From a virus: a stretch of 64,000 nucleotides of DNA. The translations under genes and the position numbers were made by a program. The notes beneath the pieces were generated by a model. That model saw nothing but the letters and a program-made list of their open reading frames with translations. It searched no databases and was not told the origin of the DNA. Shown here piece after piece: positions 10,461 to 21,274 of this stretch (positions are counted from its first letter, which is position 1; the number at the start of each line of letters is the position of its first letter). The stretch lies in the IMG/VR virus record IMGVR_UViG_3300031541_000012, positions 1-64,000 of that record; one strand, written 5' to 3'.

Positions 10461-11669
10461 ATGTTTTATAACTTTCCGATAATCGAGACAATCACGGATG
10501 TCTTGCCAGCGATTGAAGGTCGCGATGAGTTCATCGTGGCTGAGCGTGATGGCTTTGTTGTGATCAACTACAACGTTGGTTTTGAAGACACCTTCACGAT
10601 TGATGACAACGACCTCATGGTTAACTATGGTCGTGCGATCCCCAAGGGCGTTATGCGTCGCGAGTGCCGCGGCATTATATTCTACCCTGATGGTCGCTTG
10701 ATGTCTCGCCCGTTCCACAAGTTCTTCAATGTTGGTGAGCGTGAGGAAACCCTCATGCACAATATTGACTTGTCACGTCCGCACGTTATCATGGAGAAGA
10801 TGGACGGCTCAATGATCCGTTCTCTTGACATCCACGGCAATACTCGTTTGGGTACCAAGATGGGTGTGACTGACACCAGCAACGCTGCTGAACGTATTGC
10901 AACTGGCGAGCAGTTTGCTTGCCTGCGCGTGAACATGTTGCGTGGTACGACCCTGTTGACTGAATACGTGTCACCAGAGAACCGTATCGTGATCGAATAC
11001 GACAAGCCTGAGCTTGTATTACTTGCGGCTCGTGATAACCGCACTGGTGACTATCTTGACCTAAGCACTGTTGGTGATGACTTCCCGTTCCGTGTTGTGC
11101 CTACTTACGGCAGCGTGGATGGTTCGCTTGATGAATATATTGAGCGTCAGCGTGGTTTGGAAGGTCGTGAAGGCGACATCATTGCTGTTGGCAATATGCG
11201 TTACAAGATCAAGAACGACTGGTACGTTCGTATCCACAAGGTCAAGGACAAGATCCGCACAGACCGTCACATCCTTGCTCTCCTGTTGGAGAACGAGTTG
11301 GACGACGTCTACCCGCACCTTGACGAGAACGACTTCCGTCGCGTTAAGCTCTATGAAGCTGCATTCCACGAACAGTTCAAGGAAACTGCTCGCGTGTTGA
11401 CTGCTGATGTTGGTGTCGTAACTGGCATGGCAGAGGACAAGAAGGATCTTGCGGTGAACATCGTGCCCAAGTCAACTCTTAATGCATTTGGCAAGCAACT
11501 TGCTTTCCGTGTATACGACCGCTTGGACGCTGAAGACTTCGACATCGTGCAGTTCGTGAACGACGAGCTCATGAAGTATGTCCGCAGCAAGCTTGGCAAC
11601 GGTGCCAAGTATAACGAAATGGCTGAGCTCATGGGCTTGCCTTATGAACGTAAGGAAGAAGATGAGTGA
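10461..11669 (+). CDS. rnlA: RNA ligase 1 (T4 RnlA-like)
   Basis: RECRG, PFHKFFN, motif I EKMDGS, EG, KIKNDWY. Confidence 0.9.
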   Translation: MFYNFPIIETITDVLPAIEGRDEFIVAERDGFVVINYNVGFEDTFTIDDNDLMVNYGRAIPKGVMRRECRGIIFYPDGRLMSRPFHKFFNVGEREETLMHNIDLSRPHVIMEKMDGSMIRSLDIHGNTRLGTKMGVTDTSNAAERIATGEQFACLRVNMLRGTTLLTEYVSPENRIVIEYDKPELVLLAARDNRTGDYLDLSTVGDDFPFRVVPTYGSVDGSLDEYIERQRGLEGREGDIIAVGNMRYKIKNDWYVRIHKVKDKIRTDRHILALLLENELDDVYPHLDENDFRRVKLYEAAFHEQFKETARVLTADVGVVTGMAEDKKDLAVNIVPKSTLNAFGKQLAFRVYDRLDAEDFDIVQFVNDELMKYVRSKLGNGAKYNEMAELMGLPYERKEEDE

Positions 11670-12684
11670 GTTTATTGAGCAGCTAGCGAAAACTGATGCT
11701 GCGCGGAAGGCATTCCCAGAGCGCACGACTGAATTGGTTGATCACCAGATTGCCAAAGACGTATCAGGTGTGATTGAAAAGCAATATGCTGTCAGCCCAG
11801 AAGAACAAAACTTCCTGGACTATGAACTGTCTGATCCTATTGGTGATGACCTCCATAGCCCAATCAAGGGCGTTGTGCATCGCCATAACAACCGTGTGTT
11901 GCTCAAGCTGACAGCCAGCTGCACTGTAAACTGTCGCTTCTGCTTCCGCAAAGAACTGCTTGTACGGGGCTCTGAGACACTGACAAACGGTGAAATATCA
12001 GATGCACTGGACTACATTGACGAGCATGAAACCATCAATGAAGTCATTCTCACAGGTGGCGATCCGCTATCACTGAATCAGAGGCGACTGGCTGATGTGT
12101 TTGATCGTCTGTACCATATGTATCACATCAAGAATGTGCGTATCCACACTCGTACTCCTGTTGTGTCTCCTGAAACGATCAACAACGACTGGATTTTGAA
12201 CGCAATTGATCCAGAGGCTCGCAATGTGAACACGCCACTATATATGGTGCTGCATATTAACCATGCTGATGAAATCTCTTATGAGTTTGCTCAGTTGTGC
12301 AGAAAGATGCGCAAGATGGGATTCATATTGCTATCGCAGAGTGTGTTGCTGCGCGGCGTCAATGACAATGTGGCTGCCCTGCAAACGCTCATGGAGCGAT
12401 TGGTTGCTCTGGGCGTCACGCCCTACTACTTGCATCATCCAGATCTCGTTCCTGGCACCGCTCACTTCCGTGTAAGTTTGGATAAAGGGCAACGGATAAT
12501 GACCCGCTTGCGTGAGCGCATGTCAGGTATTGCAGTGCCTGAATACGTGATTGATATACCTGGTGGTAAATTTTTCAAGATGCCCGTCAATGGCGAAACT
12601 GTTGAGCGCACCCTGGATGGATATATTCTCAAGCCACCTGGCACAAATGGGTACAAACAATTTTACCCTGATAAGGCAAAATAA
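11662..12684 (+). CDS. epmB: KamA-family radical SAM lysine 2,3-aminomutase (EpmB-like)
   Basis: CTVNCRFCFRK, ILTGGDPL, RIHTR, HINH, QSVLLRGVND, PYYLH, YVIDIPGG. Confidence 0.85.
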   Translation: MSEFIEQLAKTDAARKAFPERTTELVDHQIAKDVSGVIEKQYAVSPEEQNFLDYELSDPIGDDLHSPIKGVVHRHNNRVLLKLTASCTVNCRFCFRKELLVRGSETLTNGEISDALDYIDEHETINEVILTGGDPLSLNQRRLADVFDRLYHMYHIKNVRIHTRTPVVSPETINNDWILNAIDPEARNVNTPLYMVLHINHADEISYEFAQLCRKMRKMGFILLSQSVLLRGVNDNVAALQTLMERLVALGVTPYYLHHPDLVPGTAHFRVSLDKGQRIMTRLRERMSGIAVPEYVIDIPGGKFFKMPVNGETVERTLDGYILKPPGTNGYKQFYPDKAK

Positions 12685-13714
12685 TGCACTTCTTTGTATT
12701 TCACATACTGATTGGATCTGCAATCGCATACTTTATGCAACCGCAGATCAAAGCGGTGGCTGAGTCAGTCACCCGTTACTCATGGCTGCAAACTGTGATC
12801 AAGATCTTCCTTGATGCACTCATGAGCCTTGCGTGGGTGATTGTTGCACCTGCGATATTGTTTGCACGTTATCAATTGGAGAAGAAAGACGATGGCGAAT
12901 AAAGTTGAACTCAAGAAAGTACAGCGAATCTTTTACACCACACTTGGTTTGATTGCACTCGCTTTGGTGATCGTTACCATGGCAATGTGGCATGGCATTG
13001 CGTTGGTTGCATCTGTATTGGCGATAATTGGTGCAGTGTGTGGCGTTATTTGGGGTCCAGAGATCATCACCAAAACATGGAACAAACATGTGGACCGAGT
13101 AAACCGTCATGAAAGCTGATAAGGTCATTGAAGCTGCCAAGCTGCTTGACCAGCACCGTGCTATCATGAAGTTCTTGGAAGACTCGCCTGATCCGGCAGA
13201 GCTCATGACTATTACATTCCGTAACGGAAAGTACAGCAAGAGCCTCAGCATCAGGAATGAAAACATTCAGCGTGACGTTCGTAGTTACGTTGAGGATATT
13301 GCCCTTGAGATTGAAGAGGCAATCATCAAACTAGGAGTTGACTATGACGGATGAAAAGCGTGAATTTGACATGGACTGTCCGGAATTCGACGAATGGTTC
13401 CGCAGGAACGAAGACCTTTGTCATGAGATGATGAAGCAAGATCCAAAGGAATTGCTTTTTGAAGCCTGGCTTGCTGGTTACGTGAATGGAATGAGCCTAA
13501 TGCACGGCACGCTCACTGCATTTATCGAAGAGGAAGAATGATGCTGCACAAAGTTGAATTGACTGAAAAAGACATGCAGGAAGCCATCAAGGAATATGTG
13601 CGTAAGCAAGTTGGCCATGATGTGACCAGCGTTACGATTGGATCGTCTTCAGGCGATCATAATATGGGTCGAAACTTCCACGCTATCGTAAATCTTGGCG
13701 CAAAAAGGGTTTGA
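12684..13714 (+). CDS. cluster of small hypothetical proteins (12684-12902 and 12892-13119 membrane; 13109-13354; 13344-13541; 13538-13714)
   Basis: overlapping ORFs; first two hydrophobic. Confidence 0.65.
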
Positions 13715-13758
13715 CAAGTAAAGCGTTTTGCCTTATACTGTGGGCGAACAATAAGGAA
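13711..13758 (+). promoter_or_regulatory. early promoter repeat, copy 6 (variant)
   Basis: TTGACA-17-TATACT, TTTGCC/GGCGAA arms. Confidence 0.75.
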
Positions 13759-13763
13759 TAATC

Positions 13764-14231
13764 ATGCTTGTAGTATTTGATTTGGACGGAACCCTTGCAG
13801 ATGTGCGTCACCGGATGCACTTTATCCGTCCTGACCCAGCAGTAGATCCAGTTACTGGAAAGAAGGTCAAGCGTCGCTTTGATCTGTTCCACCACGCATG
13901 TGTTGATGACACTGTGATCGAGCCTGTGGCTTACTTCTATCGCAAGTTTTGCGCTGACCCTAACGTAACTGTTGTGGTGCTCAGCGGACGTGACTTCGCA
14001 ACATCTGACAAGACCGTACAGTGGTTCAAAGACAACGATTTGCCGCTGCCAGACGAGATGCACCTCAAGCAAGGTGATCAGCATCTGCCAGATGTTGAGC
14101 AAAAGCGTACCCGTGCCAACCTGCTTGAGCGCAAGTACGGACGGCCAATTGATATGGTATTTGAAGACCGTGACCGCGTCGTAGCGATGTGGAAAGAGCG
14201 CGGTACATTTGTATTCAACGTGGATCAATAA
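13764..14231 (+). CDS. HAD phosphatase (PNKP 3'-phosphatase domain-like)
   Basis: VFDLDGTLAD, LSGR, FEDRDRVVAMW. Confidence 0.85.
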   Translation: MLVVFDLDGTLADVRHRMHFIRPDPAVDPVTGKKVKRRFDLFHHACVDDTVIEPVAYFYRKFCADPNVTVVVLSGRDFATSDKTVQWFKDNDLPLPDEMHLKQGDQHLPDVEQKRTRANLLERKYGRPIDMVFEDRDRVVAMWKERGTFVFNVDQ

Positions 14232-16842
14232 TGGGACCAGAAATTTTACTAGCTAGACCAGACGTACTCATTTTTGCTGGAGTATGTCTGGTCATATTCT
14301 TATGTATTGGATTTTCCAGCCGCCGCGCCCACGACACGTGGATGAAAACGGTTGTAGACCTTGTGGAAGAAAACAGTGGCATTGCTGAAGTTTCACCTGT
14401 CTTACAGAGTGAATATAATGATCTTAAAACTACGAGTGGCAACTTAAACAGTCTCAAATTATTTGAGGCGGTTGCAGAGCAACATGCTAGGATGTCTGGC
14501 CAAAGTTTTAAGCCTAAGCTAAGTCGTTTTTTCCAGTTCAAGATTGCCGCAGGACCAGGAAGAGAACTGAGTTTTTGGTATGACCCGCACAGCCGTGAAA
14601 TGTTGGACAAGACTATCTATTGGCGTGGCGGTCGTATCAGGTTAAGCTGGGACAACAAAAAGATGCTACGTGATGCCGCTGATCAAGCACTTGTCATGTG
14701 GAAAATGACACAAAATTTGTAAGAGGAATATGATATGGGTTTTTGGGTTATAGTGATTTTTGCTGCATTATTGTCTATCTATGCAGCGGTTTGGATTATG
14801 CTGTTGTCAGGTGCGGCAGTGGTACAGAGTGCAGTGAGATCACAGTTCACGCAATCCTGGAAAGACGGATACTACTCAGTGAGTGATGAATCATATCGTG
14901 AACCAGCGCAGTATCGAATTGACTTTCCTGCAACCAACGGCACACGTTCCTTTAGGGTTGATCATGAAGGAAATATTGTGAGTGGGTTTTCTTGGCGTAA
15001 TATTGACCGCGATGAAATCCAACCATCAAACCGAACTCGCCGTGTGCTAAAAGAATACACTGCACAGATTGCCACCATGCAGAAGCTCTCCAGCAACCTT
15101 GGTTCTGGTGATGATGGCATGGCTGAAGCCAACAACGCGAGCGCCTAATGTTATTCCCCCAACTAAGATTAAAGTGGGCTATTCGTGCCCGCGCTGAAGA
15201 AGAATGGCGACGTCTCCGAGGCCAAGGCAACACACGCTGCGTGGATCTTAAGGAACCAAAACTGTTGGGCCCTGATCATGATCAACGCGAGTATGTGGGT
15301 GCAGTGGGATTCTTCACTGAAGACATGATGTTTGAGGATATTCCACACCTTATTTGGTACTGTCGGCGTGATGGTAACATTTGGGCTGAATGGCAATTGC
15401 GACTCAAAGAAAGCGATCCTCTTTAGGCGCGAGTAAATCGAATGTAGCGACCATTGATTGGGTTCAAGAATACTGAGATTCAGGTCACTGCTCCTATGCA
15501 GCATGAAGATAAAATGATCATCAACAAGATGACTCAAGAGCTGTGGACCCTACATAAAATGGGAAGCGAGACGCTGATATGACCAGTAATTACTTTTCCA
15601 AGCTGATTATCTATAATGGATTTATGTTGGATCAAGAACAAGTTTTGGTTCAAGACTTGGGAAATCGTTACAAATTTATCTGTGCAGATTTCAATAACCT
15701 CGAATATTGGAACCTAACATGGGCGATACATAATGAAGTAGATTATGTTGTGCATAACACAATGACTGTAGGTAGCCGTAGTATTCGCCTACCAGAATCA
15801 GTCAGCAGACAGATTGCAGAAATAAGTGCACCACACGCTGTCATGGCTAAGTTGGTAAGTTGAATGGGAAAAAAGAAAGCAAGTCGGGGTCGAAAACTAC
15901 GAGCCCTTCTAGACAAGGCCATTCAAGATGGTGAAGTTTTTGTCCGTGAAAAATCATCAGAATTCAACTCAAGTCTTGAGGGTCGACGGTCACGATCATA
16001 TCAAGGAAAGAATTGTCGTCAGGTATACGAAATATGTATCGGCTCAGACCATAACTTGTTTGATGATTCTGAGGATTTTTTTGTACCTATCTTTGCATAT
16101 ATCGACACTGACGGCATAGTTACTTGGCAGTTCGCCCGCCCACGACAGCACGTATTAGATCGATCCAATTCCGAATGGCTTACCCAAGAGCTTTCAGAGA
16201 TTCTTGTAATGTATCGCTTAGGCGGGTTTAGAAGCAATCACAAAGCCACTACCTACGGTGAAGAAACCACCGATTATGTATGGCGCTCCTCCCGTAGCAG
16301 ACACAAAAAGAAAAAAAGAGGATTACCACGTGCATATTGATATTATGCTATACCTGTTGTGTTGCTACACCTTTATGTTATGGGTTGGTTGTCCCCTTTT
16401 TCATACACTGACTTTTATGTGGCGATTGCCAAAAGCCGATATTAAGTTTATTGAATACGAAGATCAGGAATTCGAGTTCAATGGGGATACACAAACATTG
16501 GATATTATTACTGTTCACCGATTTCTATTGTGTGAGATATGGGTAACTCAAGACCTATATTATGAATGGCGTATGAGCGAGCGGGGTGATATATTCAAAT
16601 TTAGCAAAGCTGAACTTACCAAACCTAAACATAAACGTATTCGCAATGCACTCCGTATCTGGAAACGACGTAAAAACAATAGTAATGATGACTCATTCAT
16701 GAAATTCCGTCTCCGCAAAAATGTGAGACTATGGTGGCCATTGCGTAAGTATATCGAATCTCAAGTATCTGAGAGATTGGTTATGGCTAAGATAGCCGGA
16801 TTCAAAAAATATCGGTTAGATGATTATGTTAGACGTTCTTAA
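14231..16842 (+). CDS. array of six proteins with KL-type motif near the C-terminus (14231-14722, 14735-15148, 15148-15582 interrupted, 15579-15863, 15864-16340, 16330-16842)
   Basis: ALVMWKM, IATMQKL, LWTLHKM, HAVMAKL, ILVMYRL, RLVMAKI; several have N-terminal TM. Confidence 0.65.
15148..15582 (+). pseudogene. gene interrupted by two in-frame TAG (15424, 15445)
   Basis: reading through gives a C-terminus whose TGA overlaps the next ATG (ATGA at 15579). Confidence 0.65.
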
Positions 16843-16859
16843 ATAAACGTGCTATATAT

Positions 16860-16867
16860 TATAAATA
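16860..16867 (+). promoter_or_regulatory. T4-type late promoter
   Basis: TATAAATA intergenic. Confidence 0.6.
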
Positions 16868-16913
16868 ATAGTGCAGCGGAGAGTTGCACATATATAAACT
16901 GAGGAGATTGGTT

Positions 16914-17186
16914 ATGATTACAGCAGATGAGGCGCGGGTGTTAGCTGGCCCGACAGCAAATGAGATTTTAAATCCTGTATGGGATCAAATCGAAAAAGCA
17001 GCTAAATCCAAAAAATTTAAGATCACATTGCGAGATAATTTCTGGCATCGTGAAGGTTACGATGGAACCGACCTGTATAAAGAATGTATCAATATTCTTG
17101 AAACAGCAGGATACGCTGTCAAATATTTCTTTGAAACAAATCAATTTGTAGATGCTGGTATTACAATCAGTTGGCAGGAGATGTGA
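16914..17186 (+). CDS. hypothetical protein
   Basis: SD GAGGAG; ends TISW-like motif. Confidence 0.7.
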   Translation: MITADEARVLAGPTANEILNPVWDQIEKAAKSKKFKITLRDNFWHREGYDGTDLYKECINILETAGYAVKYFFETNQFVDAGITISWQEM

Positions 17187-17187
17187 C

Positions 17188-18258
17188 ATGACGAAAGTAG
17201 ATGTTGCATTTTTAATTGGAAGATTTCAACCCTTTCACAACGGGCATAAACACTTAATCGACTTTGGACTTGAGCACGCCGAACGTGTGGTCGTCCTAGT
17301 TGGAGGGAGCAACAAAGCTCGCTCATTCAAAAACCCCTGGACATTCGAAGAACGCAAAAAAATGATCCTCAGTTCGTTTGAGGACATCACTGTTGAGCGT
17401 CGTCCGACATTTCAAGATCCTTGTGTAGCAGTTGAACCACTTCCTGACGTACCTGGCAACGATGATGCGTGGCTTGGTAACGTTTACTCAGCAGTATGCA
17501 AGCACTTGCCAGAAGGTGGCAAGCTTGGTGTAATCGGCTTCAAGAAAGACGACTCGAGCTACTACCTCGATCTGTTTGGCGATAACGCTGAAAAGATCTT
17601 GCTCGAAGATGGCTTTGCAACGCTGAGTGCGACACAGATTCGTGATCACTACTTCCAAAAAGCACCTGTATTTCCAGAGCGCCTTGCGCCAACTCCTGTT
17701 GTAGACTTTCTTGAACGTTTCTACAACACCGATGAGTTCCGCTATGTACTAGAAGAAAAAGAGTGGATGGACGACTACAAAGCAAGTTGGGCTGGAGCAC
17801 CATTTCCGCCTACCTTTGTTACTTGCGATGGCGTTTGTACACAGATGGGTCACATCCTGCTTGTTACACGCGGCGGACATCCTGGTAAGGGTCTGCTTGC
17901 ACTGCCAGGTGGCTTTGTAGAAGCACAGAAGGGTGATAGCTTTCAAAATGTTCTACACGAACTTTGGGAAGAAGCTGGCATCCAAGACGAGCGTGGCCGC
18001 ATTCCACGTGGTAAGCTGAAAGGCTTTTACACCGGTGAAGAGCAGCGCTTTGATGATCCAGATCGTTCAATCCGAGGCTACACGCTAACAACTGCATTCC
18101 GCTTCAAGTTCCCCGACGGACCTAAGATGTTCAAAGTGAAGGGCGGCGACGATGCCATTGATGCAAAATGGTATCCGGTCGGTTATATCAAGGAAAACCC
18201 GCAACTGATCTTTGAAGATCATTACTCTATTATAGAGAAGATGGGAGTATTCCAATGA
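17188..18258 (+). CDS. nadM: bifunctional NMN adenylyltransferase / ADP-ribose Nudix hydrolase (NadM-Nudix, NatV-like)
   Basis: IGRFQPFHNGH, NPWTFEER, SATQIR, LALPGGF, Nudix box, GDDA, FEDH. Confidence 0.92.
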   Translation: MTKVDVAFLIGRFQPFHNGHKHLIDFGLEHAERVVVLVGGSNKARSFKNPWTFEERKKMILSSFEDITVERRPTFQDPCVAVEPLPDVPGNDDAWLGNVYSAVCKHLPEGGKLGVIGFKKDDSSYYLDLFGDNAEKILLEDGFATLSATQIRDHYFQKAPVFPERLAPTPVVDFLERFYNTDEFRYVLEEKEWMDDYKASWAGAPFPPTFVTCDGVCTQMGHILLVTRGGHPGKGLLALPGGFVEAQKGDSFQNVLHELWEEAGIQDERGRIPRGKLKGFYTGEEQRFDDPDRSIRGYTLTTAFRFKFPDGPKMFKVKGGDDAIDAKWYPVGYIKENPQLIFEDHYSIIEKMGVFQ

Positions 18259-18370
18259 GTTACGAACATGGACATGGATGCTCTTGCTACGAATGCGAGG
18301 GCAGACGAGAAATGCAGCGCCGAAGCGAACACGCCGGTGTCGCATGGGAAAACAATGGCAGCGGTCATAG

Positions 18371-18553
18371 CGCAGCAAGCGCGGACGTCTCGCACTAATC
18401 AGCAAGGACGGCGAACTTCAAACTGTCCGTGAGGACGAGTTGGTTGGCGACATGCGCTACCCTGGCGTGAACAAATTGGAGACCGTTTTTGAAAACAGCA
18501 ATATCATTAAGACCGAAGCATGGGCCGACGTTACTGCTCGTGCACGTCAATAA
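18371..18553 (+). pseudogene. nadV: 3' remnant of nicotinamide phosphoribosyltransferase
   Basis: startless frame RSKRGRLALI...NKLETVFENS...WADVTARARQ* resembles the NAMPT C-terminus; adjacent to nadM. Confidence 0.7.
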
Positions 18554-18561
18554 ATCCAAAC

Positions 18562-18589
18562 GGAGCGGAATTTTAACAGGGGCCGCTCC
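18562..18589 (+). terminator. hairpin, possible terminator
   Basis: GGAGCGG...CCGCTCC, no U-run. Confidence 0.4.
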
Positions 18590-18609
18590 ACTCATGAATA
18601 AATATTAGC

Positions 18610-19053
18610 ATGGACATAAAAGCTGCAATTGAGCTCGTTAATAAGAGCTTTGTATACACACCAGACAAAAGCCTAACTCTGTTCCCAGAGACTTGGCGTG
18701 TCATTGGTAGTGAAGGTCACGGCGATTGTGAGGACTACCAACTCACAGTGATTTGGCATTACGGTGAAGGCAGTTTGTTACGATAGATCTGAAATGTGCA
18801 CATGGGACCATTCCGTATGTGGTATTGTAAAAGCCCAGGCGGCGGAGGCCATGTGATCACAGAGATAACAAGTGGCGAGTATAAGGGACTGTGGTCTGAC
18901 AACATCACCAAACAGTTCGTGACTCGTGAGACAGTGGACAAGATGGGTTACACGATACAGTTTCCTTACTTCTTTCCACTGCGCACTATCAAAATCATTA
19001 TTGGCTATACTCTAGGTAGTGTGGGCAAACTAATCCGTAAATTCATTGACTAA
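18610..19053 (+). pseudogene. transglutaminase-like cysteine protease (BTLCP/LapG-like) with two in-frame stops
   Basis: GDCEDY...GH V...DN triad in one frame across TAG 18784 and TGA 18790; late promoter TAAATA 18599. Confidence 0.65.
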
Positions 19054-19091
19054 CTGAAGATATGCTGCTATTGTAGTTTTAACAATCTACT

Positions 19092-20022
19092 ATGAGGTTT
19101 AATATGGCTTGCTGGCGACGTTGCGATTGGACTACTGATGTTTTGGACAACCGTTGGGGTTGGGAGAAAACTAGTCTGGACGGAAGCAGCACACAGGGTA
19201 AACACAATGTTGTTCTTATGAGTTGTAGGAAATGTGGCGGCCGCCGTATTGATTGTATTGACCAAGATCCAAAGCTCAATGATTTTGCACTAACCGAACA
19301 TAGTGGTATTAACTTGGTCCGTCTGCTTTGGATTGAGAAGGGTGAAGTTTGGGGTGAAGCTGACAGTAAATATCTGTTATACCTTAACAAAGATCTCGCT
19401 CCAATGGGCGGTTTTGAACAAGTAATCAAGGAGCTCAAATCAGATCCTGAGTTTACCGAGCTGCTCAGCAACCAGATGGTAGACGATGCACTTGGACAAC
19501 TTGAGGTTGCCGTCAAGCTGCACTACAACAACCAACCCAAGGAAGATAAAAATGCGTAACCCTTTTAAAAGACGCCAGTGGTTTGTGATTGCCTTTGACC
19601 CTGGATTTTATACTACCCTTGAATATGAAAATGACAGGAAAGTATCCCACGACATAACTTTTCAAGAAAGCAACTTTGGTGAACGCCGGATGACATACGG
19701 TGATAATGGTTTGCGTCTTTCAATGGCCAAAAGTCATTCATCTATAACCAAAGCAAAACACAAATGGGAACAACAAGGCGTAATACAGCTAACCGTGTCA
19801 GGCGAGGTATATTCAGATGATTATGTGAATATTATAGCGCCCCAAAAGGACCGTACTGGCACGTGGAAACACAAACCAATTACTGAAGTTGGGTTGTTAA
19901 TGAAACAACTTGCGGACAGCCCAGAATTTCAAGAGATACGCAAACACCAAATGGTGGCGGATGCATATGGCGAACTGGAAGCTGTGATTGCCATGCATGA
20001 AAACATTGACACGTCAGAATAG
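19092..20022 (+). CDS. tandem proteins with shared C-terminal helix (19092-19559, 19552-20022)
   Basis: PEFxE...QMVxDAxGxLE in both; promoter TTGACT 19046/TATTGT 19069. Confidence 0.7.
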
Positions 20023-20060
20023 ACCAGTTAAACTGGTGACGAAATAAACAGGAGTCACCA
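20006..20060 (+). promoter_or_regulatory. sigma70-type promoter with palindrome over -10
   Basis: TTGACA-17-TAAACT; ACCAGTT-A-AACTGGT (20023-20037); TGGTGAC/GTCACCA flanking the SD. Confidence 0.7.
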
Positions 20061-20518
20061 TGACACTTACACGCAAAGACCGTTTTGACCCAGACTTTCC
20101 GCTTTTGCTGGAAGGCGCACGTCTCTACATCTTGGTTCGCACTGACATCTCTCAGCTAAACCCTGGTAAGCTTGGTGCGCAAGCTGCACACGCAGGCACA
20201 CAATTTGTGTTTGATGTGTTGAACAAGAACGATGCTGACCTCAATGTGCAGATGAAGGATTGGGCTGACCAAGGTGGTGGCGGTTTTGGTACCAAGATCA
20301 CACTTGCTGCTACTGAGGCTGAAATCCGTGAAGTTGTCGCAGCAATGGCAGGTCGTAACTTCCAGGCTGGTCTTGTGGTTGATCCGACCTATCCGATGCT
20401 CAACTACTTCAAACAACCGTTCACTCGTAGTGAACTGACTTGTGGCTATGTGTTCTGTCCGCCGTCGACTCCTGGGGCTGCTCTAGAAGACTTGAAGCAG
20501 TTCAACTTGCACCCTTAA
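20060..20518 (+). CDS. pth2: peptidyl-tRNA hydrolase type 2
   Basis: LYILVRTD...GKLGAQAAHA, K-I-T-L, VVDPT, T-C. Confidence 0.8.
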   Translation: MTLTRKDRFDPDFPLLLEGARLYILVRTDISQLNPGKLGAQAAHAGTQFVFDVLNKNDADLNVQMKDWADQGGGGFGTKITLAATEAEIREVVAAMAGRNFQAGLVVDPTYPMLNYFKQPFTRSELTCGYVFCPPSTPGAALEDLKQFNLHP

Positions 20519-20526
20519 GGAAAACG

Positions 20527-21003
20527 ATGAGAGAAGCAGATCTCGTCGCAGCCAAGAAGTATATTGAAGTTTTATATAGCCCTGTTTCCCAGGGCTATCT
20601 AATGCAATATTGTTTGGACAATGGCTTCGACATAACATACAAGCACAGCGGCAGACGCTGTGAGCCTGAAGACTTCACATTTCACAGCACTGTTTGGTTT
20701 ACAACAAACGAAGCTGAAATCAGTAACGGTGTTACACCACTGGTGATTGACGACATCATACCTGTTGGTTTTGCACTGTTTGGCGAGAACCAAAACGTTC
20801 TTGTTCTTGAGATCGAAAGTGAACGCTTACGCAAGGTACGTGAAGAGTTTGGTGAGCTATATGGATTAGAAGATGAATGGCCGGATTTCCGTCCACACAT
20901 CAGTCTAAGCTATCGATATCAAGGCGAACTACCTGACGTGGATTTGCCAGACGGCGACCAGCTCGTAGTAGATAACTTAAGAGTAAAAGACCAATACGGA
21001 TAA
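20527..21003 (+). CDS. acb1: 2H phosphodiesterase, Acb1/T4 57B-like (anti-CBASS candidate)
   Basis: two HxT/S motifs FHSTVWF and PHISLSY, plus LVLEIESE. Confidence 0.7.
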   Translation: MREADLVAAKKYIEVLYSPVSQGYLMQYCLDNGFDITYKHSGRRCEPEDFTFHSTVWFTTNEAEISNGVTPLVIDDIIPVGFALFGENQNVLVLEIESERLRKVREEFGELYGLEDEWPDFRPHISLSYRYQGELPDVDLPDGDQLVVDNLRVKDQYG

Positions 21004-21007
21004 GCAT

Positions 21008-21274
21008 GTGGAATGGGCATTGTTGATATTAATCTTCTATTTTGGTATGGGAGGATTGGTCGTTTCACAAGTCAATCGTGGTATGTGGGGAACTGTGCAT
21101 GAAGGCGAAGATCGTGATGATGAAGTCTTTATGACTCTCACGAAGGAAGAAGGCTCTCATGCAGCATTGCTCATGGCGACTTTTACTTTTTTGCTTGGCC
21201 TCTATTTCTGCTTGTTGTTTGGCATGAAATACGTAAAGGAAACATTTAATGTCAAAACTTTTACTGATCGGTGA
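21008..21274 (+). CDS. two-TM membrane protein
   Basis: two hydrophobic segments. Confidence 0.55.
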   Translation: MEWALLILIFYFGMGGLVVSQVNRGMWGTVHEGEDRDDEVFMTLTKEEGSHAALLMATFTFLLGLYFCLLFGMKYVKETFNVKTFTDR

